From positions 69,874,001 to 69,938,000 of the forward strand of contig NC_043007.1 of NCBI RefSeq assembly GCF_006345805.1: a stretch of 64,000 bases of DNA, given 5' to 3'. Positions 26,400-38,630 of this stretch are shown piece after piece; the first letter of the stretch is position 1; the number at the start of each line of letters is the position of its first letter. Under the pieces are notes generated by a model. It saw only the letters and a program-made list of their open reading frames with translations. It searched no databases and was not told the origin of the DNA. The translations under genes and the position numbers were made by a program. This DNA is from Octopus sinensis (lineage: Eukaryota).

Positions 26400-27310
26400 T
26401 CATCATCATCATCATCTGGCATTTGTTTTCCATGCTGGCATGGGTTAGATGGCTTGACTGGAATTGGTAAGCTGGAGAGCTGCACCAGGCTCCAATCTGT
26501 TTTGGCTTGGTTTCTACAGCTGGATGCCCTTCTTAATGCCAACCACTCCAGAGAATGTACTGGGTATCTCTTATGTGCCACTGGCACAGGTGCCTTTTAT
26601 GTGTCACTGGCACATAAAAGAATATAAACAAGAACAGGCTTGGTATTTACTGGGCTTGCAATTTAGAAGGTTTGGATTCCTAAGAACTTGATTACTGTTT
26701 GTTTATTAATGTTTATGTAACTATTTCAAAGAGAAGGGTCTTCCTATGAAAGTCCTTGTTAGGGACAGTATTACACCATACCTTCCTAATCCTAATCTCA
26801 TGGATCAAATGCCATATCATCATCATTAATGTCCACTTTCCATGCTAGCATGGGTTGGACAATTTGACTGAGGACTGGTGAACCAGATGGTTGCACCAGG
26901 CCCCATCTGATCTGGCAGAGTTTCTGCAGCTGGATGCCCTTTCTAATGCCAACCACTCCAAGAGTGTAGTGAATGCTTTTACATGCCACCGGCACAAGGG
27001 CCAGTTTGGCAGTACAGGCGACGGCCACGCTCAAATGGTGTTTTTTACGTGCCACCTGCACAGGAGTCAGTTCAGCAGCACTGACAATGACCGCTTGAAC
27101 GTTTTGTTCACGTACCAGTAAGGTGACGCTGGTAACGATCATGCTCAAATGGTGCTTTTTACATGCTACCGGTACGGAAGCCAGACAGCTGCTCTGGCAG
27201 TGGTCCCGCTCGGATGGAGCTGTTAGTGCTCCACTGGCTCAGGTGGTAGTCATCGAATTTGGTTCAATTTCGATTTCACTTGCTCCAACAGAGTTTAGTG
27301 TCCAATGAAG
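26400..27310 (-). mobile_element. Two family E retroposon copies (26400-26610, 26817-27310)
   Basis: (CAT)n start and CTGGATGCCCTT core; the second has degenerate internal 60-bp units. Confidence 0.8.
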
Positions 27311-27813
27311 GAAGGTTGCCATGGGTGCCAGTCGTATATGTTTGATTTTATCTAACCCCATTACCCTACCTTCCAATACCAATATCTACCATAATCCATC
27401 CATTAGCAGAAAGTATGCAAAGCATCTATTTAGGGCTTTGAAGTGACTTTGCTGATTTGATATTAAAAGGGTTTCAGAACAAGCATTACACCATTCCACA
27501 AACTATGTTCAACTGTTAAATCCTCAAGAGAGAACTTTCTATTTAAGTTCTTGAACCCTTCTTGCAGAGTGTTGGAGCCTCATGTTATCTCTTCTGTGGC
27601 TGAGCCTGTAGCCAAGAAAATTGCATATTTAGACAATTTAGATAACTTCTTCTGGAGGTGAGTGAAAAAGGCATAAAGAACTTGATTGAGAAGCATGGGA
27701 CTGTCCCTTGATGACTTGAAGTAGTTTTATTAGGAAAAGGCTAAACCCATGCAACAAGGACAAAACTGAGGAAGAGGACCAAAATTAAAAGAAACACACA
27801 CACACACATATAT

Positions 27814-28502
27814 TCTTTTGTTTCAGTCATTTGACTGTGGCCATGCTGGAGCACGACCTTTAGTCGAAGAAATTGACACCAGGACTTATTCTTTGTAAGC
27901 ATAGTACTTATTCTATCATTCATTTTTGCCGAACCGCTAAGTTTCAGGGACGTAAATACACCAACATCGGTTGTTGATGGTGTGTGTGTGTGGGGTCAAA
28001 CGCACACACACACACATATAAATATATATATACCGTTCTATATTTAAGAGATGAGGAATTATGTACATTATTTAAATTATTTACAATTGACGGATATTTG
28101 TCCTCATCTTGTTTGCTGTTAACACGTTTTGGCTGATTTACCCTTCAGCCTTTATCAAGTGTCTTGGAGAAATTTCAAAACTGGGTTCTCATTCCTAAGG
28201 TATTTTTCGATGTTGTTGTTGTTATTATTATTATTATTATTTAGGTCACTGCCTGGAATCGAACTCAGAATCTTGGGGTTAGTAGCCTGCGCGCTTAACC
28301 ACTACGCCATATGCCCATGGGCATATGGCGTAGTGGTTATGTATATATGATGGGCTTCTTTCAGTTTCCATCTACCAAATTCACTCACAAGACTTTGGTC
28401 AGCCCGAGGCTGTAGTAGAAGACACTTGCCCAAGATGCTATGCAGTGGGACTGAATCCAGAAGCTTGTGGTTGGGAAGCAAGCTTCTTACCACACAGCCA
28501 CA
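27814..28502 (-). mobile_element. SINE family A interrupted in its microsatellite by the 28033-28339 element
   Basis: Tail at 27814-28020, head at 28348-28502. Confidence 0.85.
28033..28339 (-). mobile_element. tRNA-headed element with a decayed hammerhead-like motif and inverted 5' duplication (Penelope-like non-autonomous candidate)
   Basis: Minus strand GGGCATATGGCGTAGTGGTTAAG..GAGTTCGATTCC head; ACAC TTGATAA A GGCTG-loop-CAGCC AAAACGTGT at 28121-28163; perfect 44-bp palindrome at 28296-28339. Confidence 0.6.
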
Positions 28503-29048
28503 CTGCGTGTGTGTGTGTGAGTGGTGCCCCAGCATGGCCACACCCAAATGGCTGAAACAAATAAAAGATTGTGTGTGTGTATATGTATGTAAAACTGGAG
28601 AAGGATCTTATGGATCTTAAATGAGCTCACAAACTGTGAAAATGCATCACCTTATCTTAGATATTGAATCAGGTGGGAATTAGTTCTCTAATAATGGTTT
28701 TTTTAAAAAATATTTTGGACTTTTCAAAGGAATGGGCTACTGCAGTCAGGTTTGAATCTAAATCTACTCAGTAACAGAAAATTCTGCAGAAGAAAGTAGT
28801 TTTCCATAGAGATTTAGAAAAAATGGCTTCTCTTCCTTTCAATTTATAATTTTCCATTTAAATTCTTAACATGCTTTTTTATAGTTTAATTACCCAGTTT
28901 AATATAGTTTAATTGGCCAGAAACTATGCTCAGTTATTTCCCTTTAATAACATGTAACGGAGATTGAAACTTACCATCAGTTTAAGTAAATTTAAAAAAA
29001 AATTAATCTATTCACTCTTCATTTTATACATTTTTTATGTTAAATATC

Positions 29049-29230
29049 ATGTTCTGTCATGTTTGGGGAGAGTCATTTTCTTTTTGTGCCTTATAATGTA
29101 ACACAGTCACCGGTGAGTGTGTTACATTATAAGGCACAAAAAGAAAATGACTCTTCCCAGACACAACAGAATATGCTTCAACACATGAACTCATATAAAT
29201 AATCTTGCAAACCAAATCCAAAAACGAAAT
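29049..29230. repeat. Loop-less fold-back palindrome (about 63-bp arms, centre ACCGGT at 29109-29114) of an interspersed repeat
   Basis: Arms read directly; same sequence family as 35575-35860 and 40150-40490. Confidence 0.9.
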
Positions 29231-29331
29231 GTTAAATATCATGTCATATTTATATTATCCTTTAGCATTTATATCTTCATGGGAGTCAAAGTTATGAATG
29301 GTCTGTGAATTTTTAATATTTAATTTTTCTA

Positions 29332-29716
29332 AGGCGGCGTGCTGGCAGATATGTTAGCACACCGGGCGAAATGCTGAGCGGTATTTCGTCTGCCGTTATG
29401 TTCTGAGTTCAAATTCTACAAGGTCGACTTTGCCTTTCATCCTTTCAGGGTCGATAAATTAAGTACCAGTTACGCACTGGGGTTGATATCATCGACTTAA
29501 TCCGTTTGTCTGTCCTTGTTTGTCCCCTCTGTGTGTAGCCCCTTGTGGGCAGTAAAGAAATAGGTATTTCGTCTGTCTTTACATTCGCTGAGGTCGACTT
29601 TGCCTTTCATCCTTTAGGGGTCGATAAATTAAGTACCAGTTGTGTACTGGAGTCAATCTAATCGACTGGCTCCCTCCCCAGAAATTTCGAGCCTTATGCC
29701 TAGAGTAGAAAAGAAT
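29332..29716 (+). mobile_element. SINE family B with a partial tandem second unit
   Basis: Full unit then AAAGAAATA|GGTATTTCGTCTG junction and a second body with the alternative tail. Confidence 0.9.
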
Positions 29717-30246
29717 ATTTAATTTTTCTTTATACTTGTTATCTTCTATCTACTATTTCTGTTATGAGATTGTTTGTATTACATACATTTATCTTATATT
29801 GATAATATTTGGAGTGTTAACTGTTGGACTTGGTTGAAATTTTTTGGAATGAATTGTCCTTAAATGCATCATCATTTAACATAGGTTGGTCATACGTCTG
29901 TATATATTGAAATGGTAATTAATGATGTTCTAGAATGAATTCCAAAGGGTCAGCTGTTTGGTAGGGTGTCACAGATGTAATAAAGGGAGTTGAAATAATC
30001 AGATGAGATTAAGCAGTGTTGATGAGAGAGCAATATCTTTTGAAATATCCATGTACACTCACCTCTTTTTTCTGTTTTTGATCACATTTTTTACTTAGAC
30101 ATATTCATATACAAAACTGAGTAACTTACAGTGCTGGCTCTGAATTCAATAGATAATCTATAGTTTATTACATAAAACAGGTATATCCCTTAAATCTTTG
30201 AGGTTCACATTTAAGTCTTGTTACTGATGATATGCATGTTTCTTTT

Positions 30247-30620
30247 CATCATCATCATTGTCATTTAATGTCTGTTTTCCATGCTGGCATGGGTTGGATG
30301 GCTTCACAGGAACTGGCAAAGCTAAAGGCCACCACCAGGTTCCACAGACTGTTTTGGCTTGGTTTCTATAGCTGGATGCCCTTCCTAACATTGACCACTT
30401 TACAGAGTGTACTGGGTGCTTTTTACATGTCACCATCACCAGTACTTTTTATGTGGCACCTTCATTTTAGGATCGCAATACTGTTGTGTTGGGTGGTTCT
30501 TTTTGAGTACAACAGTATGCCACAAATCTCAGTCCTCTGTCATCTCCTTAGTAAGGTTCAGCGTTTTGAGATTGGCCTTCAATACTGCATCCTGTTTCTT
30601 CTTGGGTCTCTCTCTTCCAC
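30247..30620 (-). mobile_element. Family E retroposon
   Basis: (CAT)n and CTGGATGCCCTTCCTAA core. Confidence 0.8.
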
Positions 30621-30837
30621 AACTTCTCTTGAATTAGTTAAAAGATATCTTGTATTTTATTATGATCGTTCAAAAGAACAAGTCAGCTTGACAGGACAAT
30701 TTTAACATTCCAATGAACTCTCCTGAATGTGTTACAGAAGCTTAAGTTTTGGATTGAGTGGTTCAAGTATTTTCTAACAACTATAATCTCAACCTAGATT
30801 AATTTTCTTTCTATATATTGGACCTAATGCTGTAGAC

Positions 30838-31035
30838 CAGTGGTTCCCAAACTATGAGTCGCGACCCACAGATGGTTCGCAAACAGAATCTTAGTGGGGC
30901 GCAAAAAGTTATAAAATTATACATTAGCTTTGATTAACTGCTGTCTATCAAGATAGTTCAAGACTTATAAGTGGGTCGTCATAAACTGGTGTGATAAATA
31001 GTGGGTCGCGACTCTAAAAAGTTTGGGAACCACTG
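30838..31035. mobile_element. hAT (Charlie-like) MITE
   Basis: 16-bp TIR CAGTGGTTCCCAAACT; 8-bp TSD CTGTAGAC/CAGTAGAC. Confidence 0.9.
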
Positions 31036-32435
31036 CAGTAGACATTAAACAACAATACACAAATTTTGGTATCATCATCATCAAACATGGATTGGACATT
31101 TTGATTGGATTTGGCAAGTCACAGGGTTGCATCAAGCCCCAGTGTCAGCTTTGGCATGGTTTCTATGGCTGGATGCCCTTCCGAATGTCAACCACTTTAT
31201 AGTGTGTACAGGGTACTTGAAACTTATTAATGAAATCAAAAGCCTGATGAAAGCATAAATATAGAAATATCTATCTTAGTCCTGATATTGTCGAGTAGTG
31301 TAAACACCATACACAGTTTTCAAAGTATTTAACAGTCTGTATAAATTTACATGAGTTCCTCGTCTGTTATAAATGGTGTTTAATTTTTTTTTTTTTAGTT
31401 TGTGTTAAGCAAAATGAAATGGCGATGAACAGGTAACAACAATATCTTAAATGAGTGGGAAAAAATCAAGACCTGTTTCTTGGAAGGGTCATTATACCAA
31501 TAACAATAAATACATGCACTGTGTGTGTATTTAGTATTATTGGCGTAATGACCCCCCCTATATAACAGGAATTCATATCAAGAATATTACAAATAAAATA
31601 CCAAAACAAAAAAAAAGCACGAGTTATGTCCCTTGCATCTTCCAGTTTCACATTCTCCGTGACAATTTATGCCACTTACATTCGTTAAAAGATACTAAGG
31701 ACTTTCTTAAGAAATACATCACATGTCTCGAAAGGTATTATCTATGGAGATCGGGGCCTCCTAGTTTAATGTCTTTCTAAAAATGCTTAATAAAATTTAG
31801 GTGAGAACATTATAGGAAGTTCTGTGTTGCCAACTAAAATGTTCAGTGTCTTATAATTCTGAGATTAGAGGACAAGCTAACTCCCCATCTAATTATGATC
31901 AGAACTTATAAAAGCTATTGGATAATACTTCTTGTCATCGTTACACTAGCTGAAAATATCCATCATATTTGGTCCAGCAAAAGGCAACTCTTTAGATTTG
32001 CAAAAGTTGTACGATCTGTGTTGATATGGGAAAATAAATGTAGAAATGCACATACAATTTCATTCTTTATTTCATCATCGAATAATTTCCTCTGTTAATA
32101 AATAGAAGTGTATCTTGCACGTTCAATATTGTTTTCATTTACGTCGCACATGTAACTTGAACTACTTATCTCCCTTTGCACAGATTCAACTTTTGACGGA
32201 GTTGATTGTCTCTAATTCGAGGCAGAACATTTATCTTTTCTATGTACAAAATCAACCGATGGATATGTCGGTTTGTTCTAATATCGTAGTTTATCAATAA
32301 TTTTCATTAGTGTGTCTTCACGGTTATATCCAGATTCTGAGAAATAAGTGTCAATGATTATCTTAACTCTTTAACATATTTACCCAAAAGTTCAACAGTT
32401 TTAAACGAACTTCATCAAATATTAAGTAATTTTTA

Positions 32436-32652
32436 AGGCGGTGAGCTGGCAGAATTGTTTCCATGCTGGGCGAAATGCTTAGCATCATTTGATCCATCTT
32501 TACTTTCTGAGTTCAAATTCTGCTGAGGTCGACTTTACTTTCATCCTTTTGGGTTTGATGAAATAGGTACCAGTTGAATGCAGGGATTGATGTAATCGAC
32601 TCACCTCTTCCCCCGAAATTGTTGACCTTGATGCCAAAATTTAAAACCAATA
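32436..32652 (+). mobile_element. SINE family B (alternative tail)
   Basis: Identity to family B; ends CCAAAATTTAAAACCAATA. Confidence 0.85.
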
Positions 32653-32732
32653 TTATGTGACTGTTTGTCACATTCTGTACTTTTTTTCATTGTTCTAATA
32701 AAGCTCCATCAATTTCTTTTATATTTTTTTAG

Positions 32733-32945
32733 AAGAAAGAAATATTTAAACTTTCATCTTCTCCTCCTAAATCTATCACTCGAGACTGGATTGGCCCACC
32801 TGATGGAAACTCCAACTTACGCCCTACCCACTTTTATGTCCCTCCCGATGAATCAAATGTAGAGAAAGACTTGAGACTGAAGAAAGTTGATTTACAAACC
32901 TTTAATCATGACTTCTGGACAAGACAAAATATCACATTTTTTAAG
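32733..32945 (+). CDS. COA8: COA8/APOPT1 exon 2
   Basis: Polypyrimidine tttttttag acceptor; 213 nt = KKEIFKLSSSPPKSITRDWIGPPDGNSNLRPTHFYVPPDESNVEKDLRLKKVDLQTFNHDFWTRQNITFFK; AAG|GTAAAG donor. DWIGPPDxxSNLRP and FWxxQN are the conserved COA8 motifs. Confidence 0.95.
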
Positions 32946-32970
32946 GTAAAGTATTGCATTTTATATTTAA

Positions 32971-33549
32971 ACTAGCAGTATCTCCCGGCGTTGTGGTTTG
33001 TTTAGACCCTTTAGAATTGGAATTTTTGAAAAGTAAAAATTTGGCAGTATGTAGCTTGTTATTCTCTTTAAGTGAAATACATCGTAAAAAATAGGGATTT
33101 GCATAGAAAAAAGGCACCTTTTTGATGTAAATAATTTTTGGTGTTAACATGGTCTGATTTGAATTTTTTCTTCTACGGAAGGAAGAGTTAGCCTTCTCCT
33201 GGCTACATCCTGAAAATTCATTTCTTTGCCGAATTTCTACAATGTTTATATCTTGATTTTTTATTTTTCATGCAATTTACGCATGCTTGCACGCGTGGTG
33301 AACACAGTTCACGTCAAACAGCTGACAGTAAAGTTCACTATTCAATGCATGGGATAAGGCCTAAACAAACACATTATCGATTTTTGCACTTGCGAGATGA
33401 ATTTCAGAACAGAAATAGCACAGTTCAATTTTCATTCGCCTAAACTTTAAGTGACCCATTTTTGGTGGTTCTACGATTTGTTGGCTAGGAGGAGATGTGC
33501 TGGGAAGTTAAACATACAGACACACAAGTTGAGTTTTATATATATAGAT
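32971..33549 (+). mobile_element. Helitron/Helentron-like non-autonomous element
   Basis: Begins ACTAGCAGTATCTCCCGGCGTTG and ends GTTTTATATATATAGAT, termini that resemble invertebrate Helentron-associated elements; no coding remnant. Confidence 0.5.
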
Positions 33550-33846
33550 GTGGAATAAGCGCAGTCATACTTAAGTTTGACTATTACTAGTACAAATGTT
33601 ATTTTTCTTCTTTTTCTCTTTTTGTGTGGATGTAACCGTTTGCAACAACAAGCAATGGTTGTCCAGTGATCTAATATATCTTATCTAAGTTGCCTAACAC
33701 AGTTATTTTCCATTTATAGATTTTAGATAGTTTTGTCTTGTTATCTGTCTTCCCTTCAATGTTGACAAGTATCTCACCCCCACCTTCTCCTGCTAATATA
33801 TAAGTTACATTACACTCAAACAAAATTGCATACAACTATATTGTGA

Positions 33847-34165
33847 AGGCACATACCTCAGTGGTTGCGGTAAATTGGCTCATGGTTGTAAGGTTTTGAG
33901 TTTGATTCCTGGTGATGTGTTGTGTCCTTGAGCAAGACACTTTATTTTCATGTTGCTCTGGTTCACTGAGCTGGCAAAAATGAGTAGTACCTGTATTTCA
34001 AAGGGTCAGCCTTGTCAAATTCTGTTTTACACTGAATTTCTCTGAGAACTATGTTAAAGGTATGCATGTCTGTGGAGTACTCAGCCAGTTGCATGTTAAT
34101 CTCATGAGCAGATTGTTCCATTGATCGGATCAACTTGAACCCTTGTTGTAACTGATGAAGTGCCA
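33847..34165 (+). mobile_element. SINE family C
   Basis: TGTGTCCTTGAGCAAGACACTTTATTT and TTTCAAAGGGTCAGCCTTGTC modules shared with 56584-57225. Confidence 0.85.
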
Positions 34166-34576
34166 GTCAGTGACAGGTCAGCTATGCAGTTGCTCAACCT
34201 ACTAGAAATAGCAGCCAAATCTTCCTCAACAGTGATGGTATTATTGTATTTGAAATGATTTAATGAAGGTAGATATATGTTTCTGTTTGACTCTACCACT
34301 GTTTAACAATTGATATTGGTTTGTTTATGTCTCCATAACTTAGCAGTTCAGCAAAAAGAGACCAGTAGAATAAGTACCAGGTTTAAAAAAATATAAGTAC
34401 TGGGATCAATTTGTTTGACTAGACTGTCATGGTTATGCTCCAGCATGGCCACTGTCCAATGGCTGAAACAAGTCAAAGATATAAGAAAAGATATAAGATA
34501 TCTGATAAAATTCACTCTTTTAAAAAACTTTGATGTTTAAGAGCGAATTATTTGTTTTTGGTAAGTGAGTGATGTG

Positions 34577-34870
34577 GAGGTGCAATGTCCCAGTGGTTAG
34601 GGCAGTGGACTCGCGGTCGGAGGATTGCAGTTTCGATTCCCAGACCGTGCGTTGTGTGTTTATTGAGCGAAAACACCTAAAGCTCCACGAGGCTCCGGCA
34701 GGGAGTGGTGGCGATCCATGTTGTACTCTTTCGCCCCAACTTTCTCTCACTCTTTCTTCCTGTTTCTTGAGTAATGCTGCAATGGACTGGTGTTCCGTTG
34801 AGCTGGGGGGAACACATACACCATAGAAACCGGGAAACTGGACCCATGAGCCCGGCTTGGTTTGAAAAGG
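34577..34870 (+). mobile_element. SINE family D head with the tail of the 3587-3795 element
   Basis: Head GGAGGTGCAATGTCCCAGTGGTTAGGGCAGTGGACTCGCGG; tail GGGGAACACATACACCATAGAAACCGGG. Confidence 0.85.
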
Positions 34871-35172
34871 GTGAAGGGAAGAGAGAGAGGTGAGTGAATG
34901 ATATAATTCTCTAGGGAAATTTCTAAAGTTCAACAGTTAATGTCTCCAAAAACTTGGTATTTATTGTGATCTATTGTCTGTAGCTAAGTGGAATAAGAAT
35001 TAAAAGATCCACTTTGAGACTCAATAAAACATTTGCTGCAGACACAATACAGTATCCACTGATTCACTTTATCTCTACAAAGATTCACCCTTTCTATGTT
35101 GCTTCCCATCACTTTTTTTCTTGTGAGATATTCATACAAAAACTTAGCCAATTTATATAAAATTTCTTTCAG

Positions 35173-35324
35173 AGAAAAGCTCAGTTTATTCACATGGAAT
35201 TAGAAAGGAAAAAGCAAATAGATTCTGACAACAAAAATAAGAAAAGTTTGTCTCCTGAAGAAATGGCTGTGTTTTATAAACAGTTCCTGGAAGAAAATTA
35301 TCAGAATAATTTGAAATATCACAG
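35173..35324 (+). CDS. COA8: COA8/APOPT1 exon 3
   Basis: tttctttcag acceptor; RKAQFIHMELERKKQIDSDNKNKKSLSPEEMAVFYKQFLEENYQNNLKYH(R); CAG|GTTAGT donor, phase 2. EEMAxFYKxFL is the COA8 motif. Confidence 0.93.
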
Positions 35325-35574
35325 GTTAGTTTAATATTTTATTTCTGCTTAGATTATTATTGAGTGTTATATAACATCTTTGTTAGTTCAAATGTGGATT
35401 AAAAGCAGCTTGAGGGACATAAACAATATCAAACACACATATATAAGGTATGTGTTTTGCTAGTTTGTGAGCAGGCTGTGCTTATAGGCATAAGAAAATA
35501 TATTCTTATCAATGCGCCTGGTGTTAAAAACACCTTGAAGTCATAGACAAGTGAGATAACTTGCATCTAGTACC

Positions 35575-35860
35575 ATCTTTGGTTTGCAAGATTCTTTATA
35601 TGAGTTCGTGTGTTGAAGCATATTCTGTTGTGTCTGGGGTGAGTCATTGTCTTTTTGTGCCTTATAATGTAACACACTCACCGGTAAAACTACCACTTAT
35701 TTCTTGCAACCTTTTCAATAGTCTTGACTCTTGAAAAGGTTGTAAGACGCAACGAAAATTTTTGGAAAATAAAAATAAGAAATAAGTGGAAATTTTACCG
35801 GTGAGTGTGTTACATTATAAGGCACAAAAAGAAAATGACTCTCCCCAGACACAACAGAAT
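35575..35860. repeat. Fold-back element (arms 35622-35704 and 35778-35860, inner hairpin 35703-35746)
   Basis: Arms are near-perfect reverse complements; same family as 29049-29230. Confidence 0.9.
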
Positions 35861-35929
35861 TATATTTGTTAGTCTCCTTTCTAGAAGGAGGGAACTGGCT
35901 TCTAACAAAGAAACAATTGTTACATCAAT

Positions 35930-36580
35930 TAGTGTTGGGATAACAATAATGATGGTTTTTATGTATCAAATTTAGAGAAACTCTTGCAATATTTTTACTT
36001 TCCCATTTAGCAGATTGTCTATAAATGTTTATTATCCATTCACTTTCTTTGTTTGCAAATCTTAGCTTCTCCCATTTACTAACATAACTGAGTGTATCAA
36101 TGATTATTGGTATGAATGTAAATTTATAATCAGGGTTTCCAAACAGTTGTTCATAAGTATTCTTCTCAATGATTTTGGAAGAGATGATCACATCTGCAGG
36201 GCAACCTATCTCCGTGACTGTGTCAAGACTTATGCTTGCACTTGATAGAAGTTTTGATGGGAATGTGCCACCAATATTTCTTATTGATGTGTATACATGT
36301 ATTCAGTAGTAGTGCTATTGTGTATACAAACCTCTGGGCAGTTTTAATTGGAAGATGGCTTTGTATATTATTTTAGCAACATCATCATATTATGATGGGA
36401 AGTATAGTATCTTGATGAAAATTTTGGCAACTGGTGTTATGTTGTCCACAAAAGACTGACTTGATTGACATTTGTGTATTTTTAAAGGCTTTGCTGTTTG
36501 ATTTGTTCATAAGATATTTTGTAACTTTCTCCTCTTGGAATGTGAAAGCATGGCCTTCAAGATGTAGTGGTCATGAGCCC
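35930..36580 (-). mobile_element. Decayed C-terminal fragment of an RLE-type (R4/NeSL-like) non-LTR retrotransposon
   Basis: Minus-strand peptides KYWWHIPIKTSIKCKH, EIGCPADVII and PDYKFTFIPIII resemble the restriction-like endonuclease region; clade is inferred. Confidence 0.5.
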
Positions 36581-37368
36581 AAGAGAAGCTACATATCAAA
36601 TGCTAATATTGTTGCCTTTTTGCTAGTTTATCATCATCATCATTATTTAACATCCATTTTCCATTCTGGCGTGCATTGGACAGTTTGGCAGGAGCTGAGA
36701 AAATCACTTTTGGACAGTGAGTGAAGGCAGTTGATATTGTTCCCCCAATGGACTGCCTCTCTGGTCTCTACACTGGGTACCAAGTGGTGTACAAGAGTGC
36801 AACAAGCATGGTTGACAATTAGGCTGTCCCACAGTAGTAGCTTCCTTGCTAGTTGATGCCTAACCTTTGTTTAATGTTATAGATCTTCCACTTGGTCACA
36901 ATAACCTTCAAGCCATTGGTCCAACAACCTGCTACTGACAACTTCTCTGTATCCCTGGCATGGGAGTGCTAAGGGGTTCCTAGCACTTGTCCAAAGTGCC
37001 ATCCAGTCTATAGACAGAAGGGGTGACTTACTCTCATTTGTACAACCTGCCACTGATGTGGGTGCTATACCATATTGTACTTCATATCAGGGGCATTGCT
37101 TAAATGATATTAAACTATTCATTGTTTAGTACATTGATTTATCACTTCTAGTGTTAGTAACTTGTAGAACAGTGTGGGACCCTAACTTTGTGGATAATCT
37201 TGAAAGCTAGACAAAGGGGTTTAAAGACAAGAAGTGGGATTTAGGTTGAAAAAAATGTTGATATTCTTTCATGTTAACTGCTTTCTGAAATACAAATGTT
37301 AACAGCTTTATAAAAAAAATTAATTCCTGTTTTAAATAATTTTATTGGTATACATTTCTCCTTTTCAG

Positions 37369-37459
37369 AGCATGGTATAAAAAGAACATCTTTCTACTTT
37401 GGCCAGCCCTGAAGGTTGCTGTTCATAATCTCTTTAAAAAAGCAAGATTGAAAAACTGA
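37369..37459 (+). CDS. COA8: COA8/APOPT1 exon 4 (terminal)
   Basis: ttctccttttcag acceptor, phase 2; (R)AWYKKNIFLLWPALKVAVHNLFKKARLKN-TGA, matching the COA8 C-terminal WYKxN motif. Confidence 0.92.
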
Positions 37460-37552
37460 ATTGAAAAACTGCCAGACTTTTTTTTTAGCAAAGATTATTT
37501 TATTTGATCTCTTGTATTATGAATCAAACAAGTTTTATTTATAAATATGTTT

Positions 37553-37558
37553 AATAAA
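37553..37558 (+). terminator. Candidate polyadenylation signal AATAAA for COA8
   Basis: AATAAA about 95 nt after the stop codon, followed by T-rich sequence. Confidence 0.45.
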
Positions 37559-37940
37559 GATGTTATATTTGTTATAATTACTTCCATAGAATTTTCAATT
37601 CCAAGGAGTATGTAGTGGCAAAGAGCAGTGACCATTTGAGCAGCTGTGCTAAATCTGGACATACAAATATGTGTCATCATTATCTTCATTTTAATGTCCA
37701 CTTTTCCATATTTGTATGGGTTGGACTAAATTCATTGAAGCATATTTTTATGGCTGCATGCCCTACCTGTTGCCAACCCTCGTATGTACTTGTATTTGTA
37801 GTGTAGTGCATGGATAGTTGTGTGTGTGCAAGTATGTGTAATTGTGTATGTGTTGTTGTGTACATAGTGGCATGCATATGTGTGTTGTAGTGTATACGTA
37901 GTCTTTTGTATATTTGAAAAAGCAGTAAGTCACATAACAA

Positions 37941-38630
37941 AGGTGTATGGCTTAGTGGTTAGGCTATTTGGCTCATGGTCATAAGGTGGTATATTATGTC
38001 TTTGAGCAAGACACTTTATTTCATGTTGCTCTCAGCTGGTAAAAATGAGCTGTACCTGTAATTCAAAGAGCCAACTTTGTCACATTCTGTGTCACACTGA
38101 ATCTCCTTGAGAAGTACATTAAAAGTATGTATAGGCATAGGAGTGGCTGTGTGGTAAGTAGCTTGCTTACCAACCACATGGTTCTAGGTTCAGTCCCACC
38201 GTATGGCACCTTGGACAAGTGTCTTCTACTATAGCCTCAAGCCGACCAAAGCCTTTTGAGTAGATTTGGTAGACGGAAACTGAAAGAAGCCCGTCGTATA
38301 TATATATATGTGTGTGCGTTTGTGTGTCTGTGTTTGTCCCCCCCAACATCGCTTGACAACCAATGCTGGTGTGTTTACGTCCCTGTAACTTAGCAGTTCG
38401 GCAAAAGAGACTGATAGAATAAGTACTAGGATTTCAAAGAATAAGTCCTGGAGTCGATTTGCTCAACTAAAAAGGCGGTGCTCCAGCATGGCAACAGTTA
38501 AATGACTGAAACAAGTAAAATAGTAAAGAGTATATCTGTGGAGTACTCAGCCACTTGCATGTTAATTTCATGAGCAGGCTGTTCCATTGATTGGATCAAT
38601 TGGAACACTTGTCATAACCAGTGGAATACC
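37941..38630 (+). mobile_element. SINE family C with a nested full SINE family A (38134-38530)
   Basis: C sequence stops at about 38130 and resumes at about 38535. Confidence 0.85.

Noticed and set aside
35728-35762. TTGAAAA-GGTTG..CAAC-GAAA hammerhead-like spacing inside the fold-back
   Set aside because: Core has two substitutions and no clear stem I or III; too weak to call.
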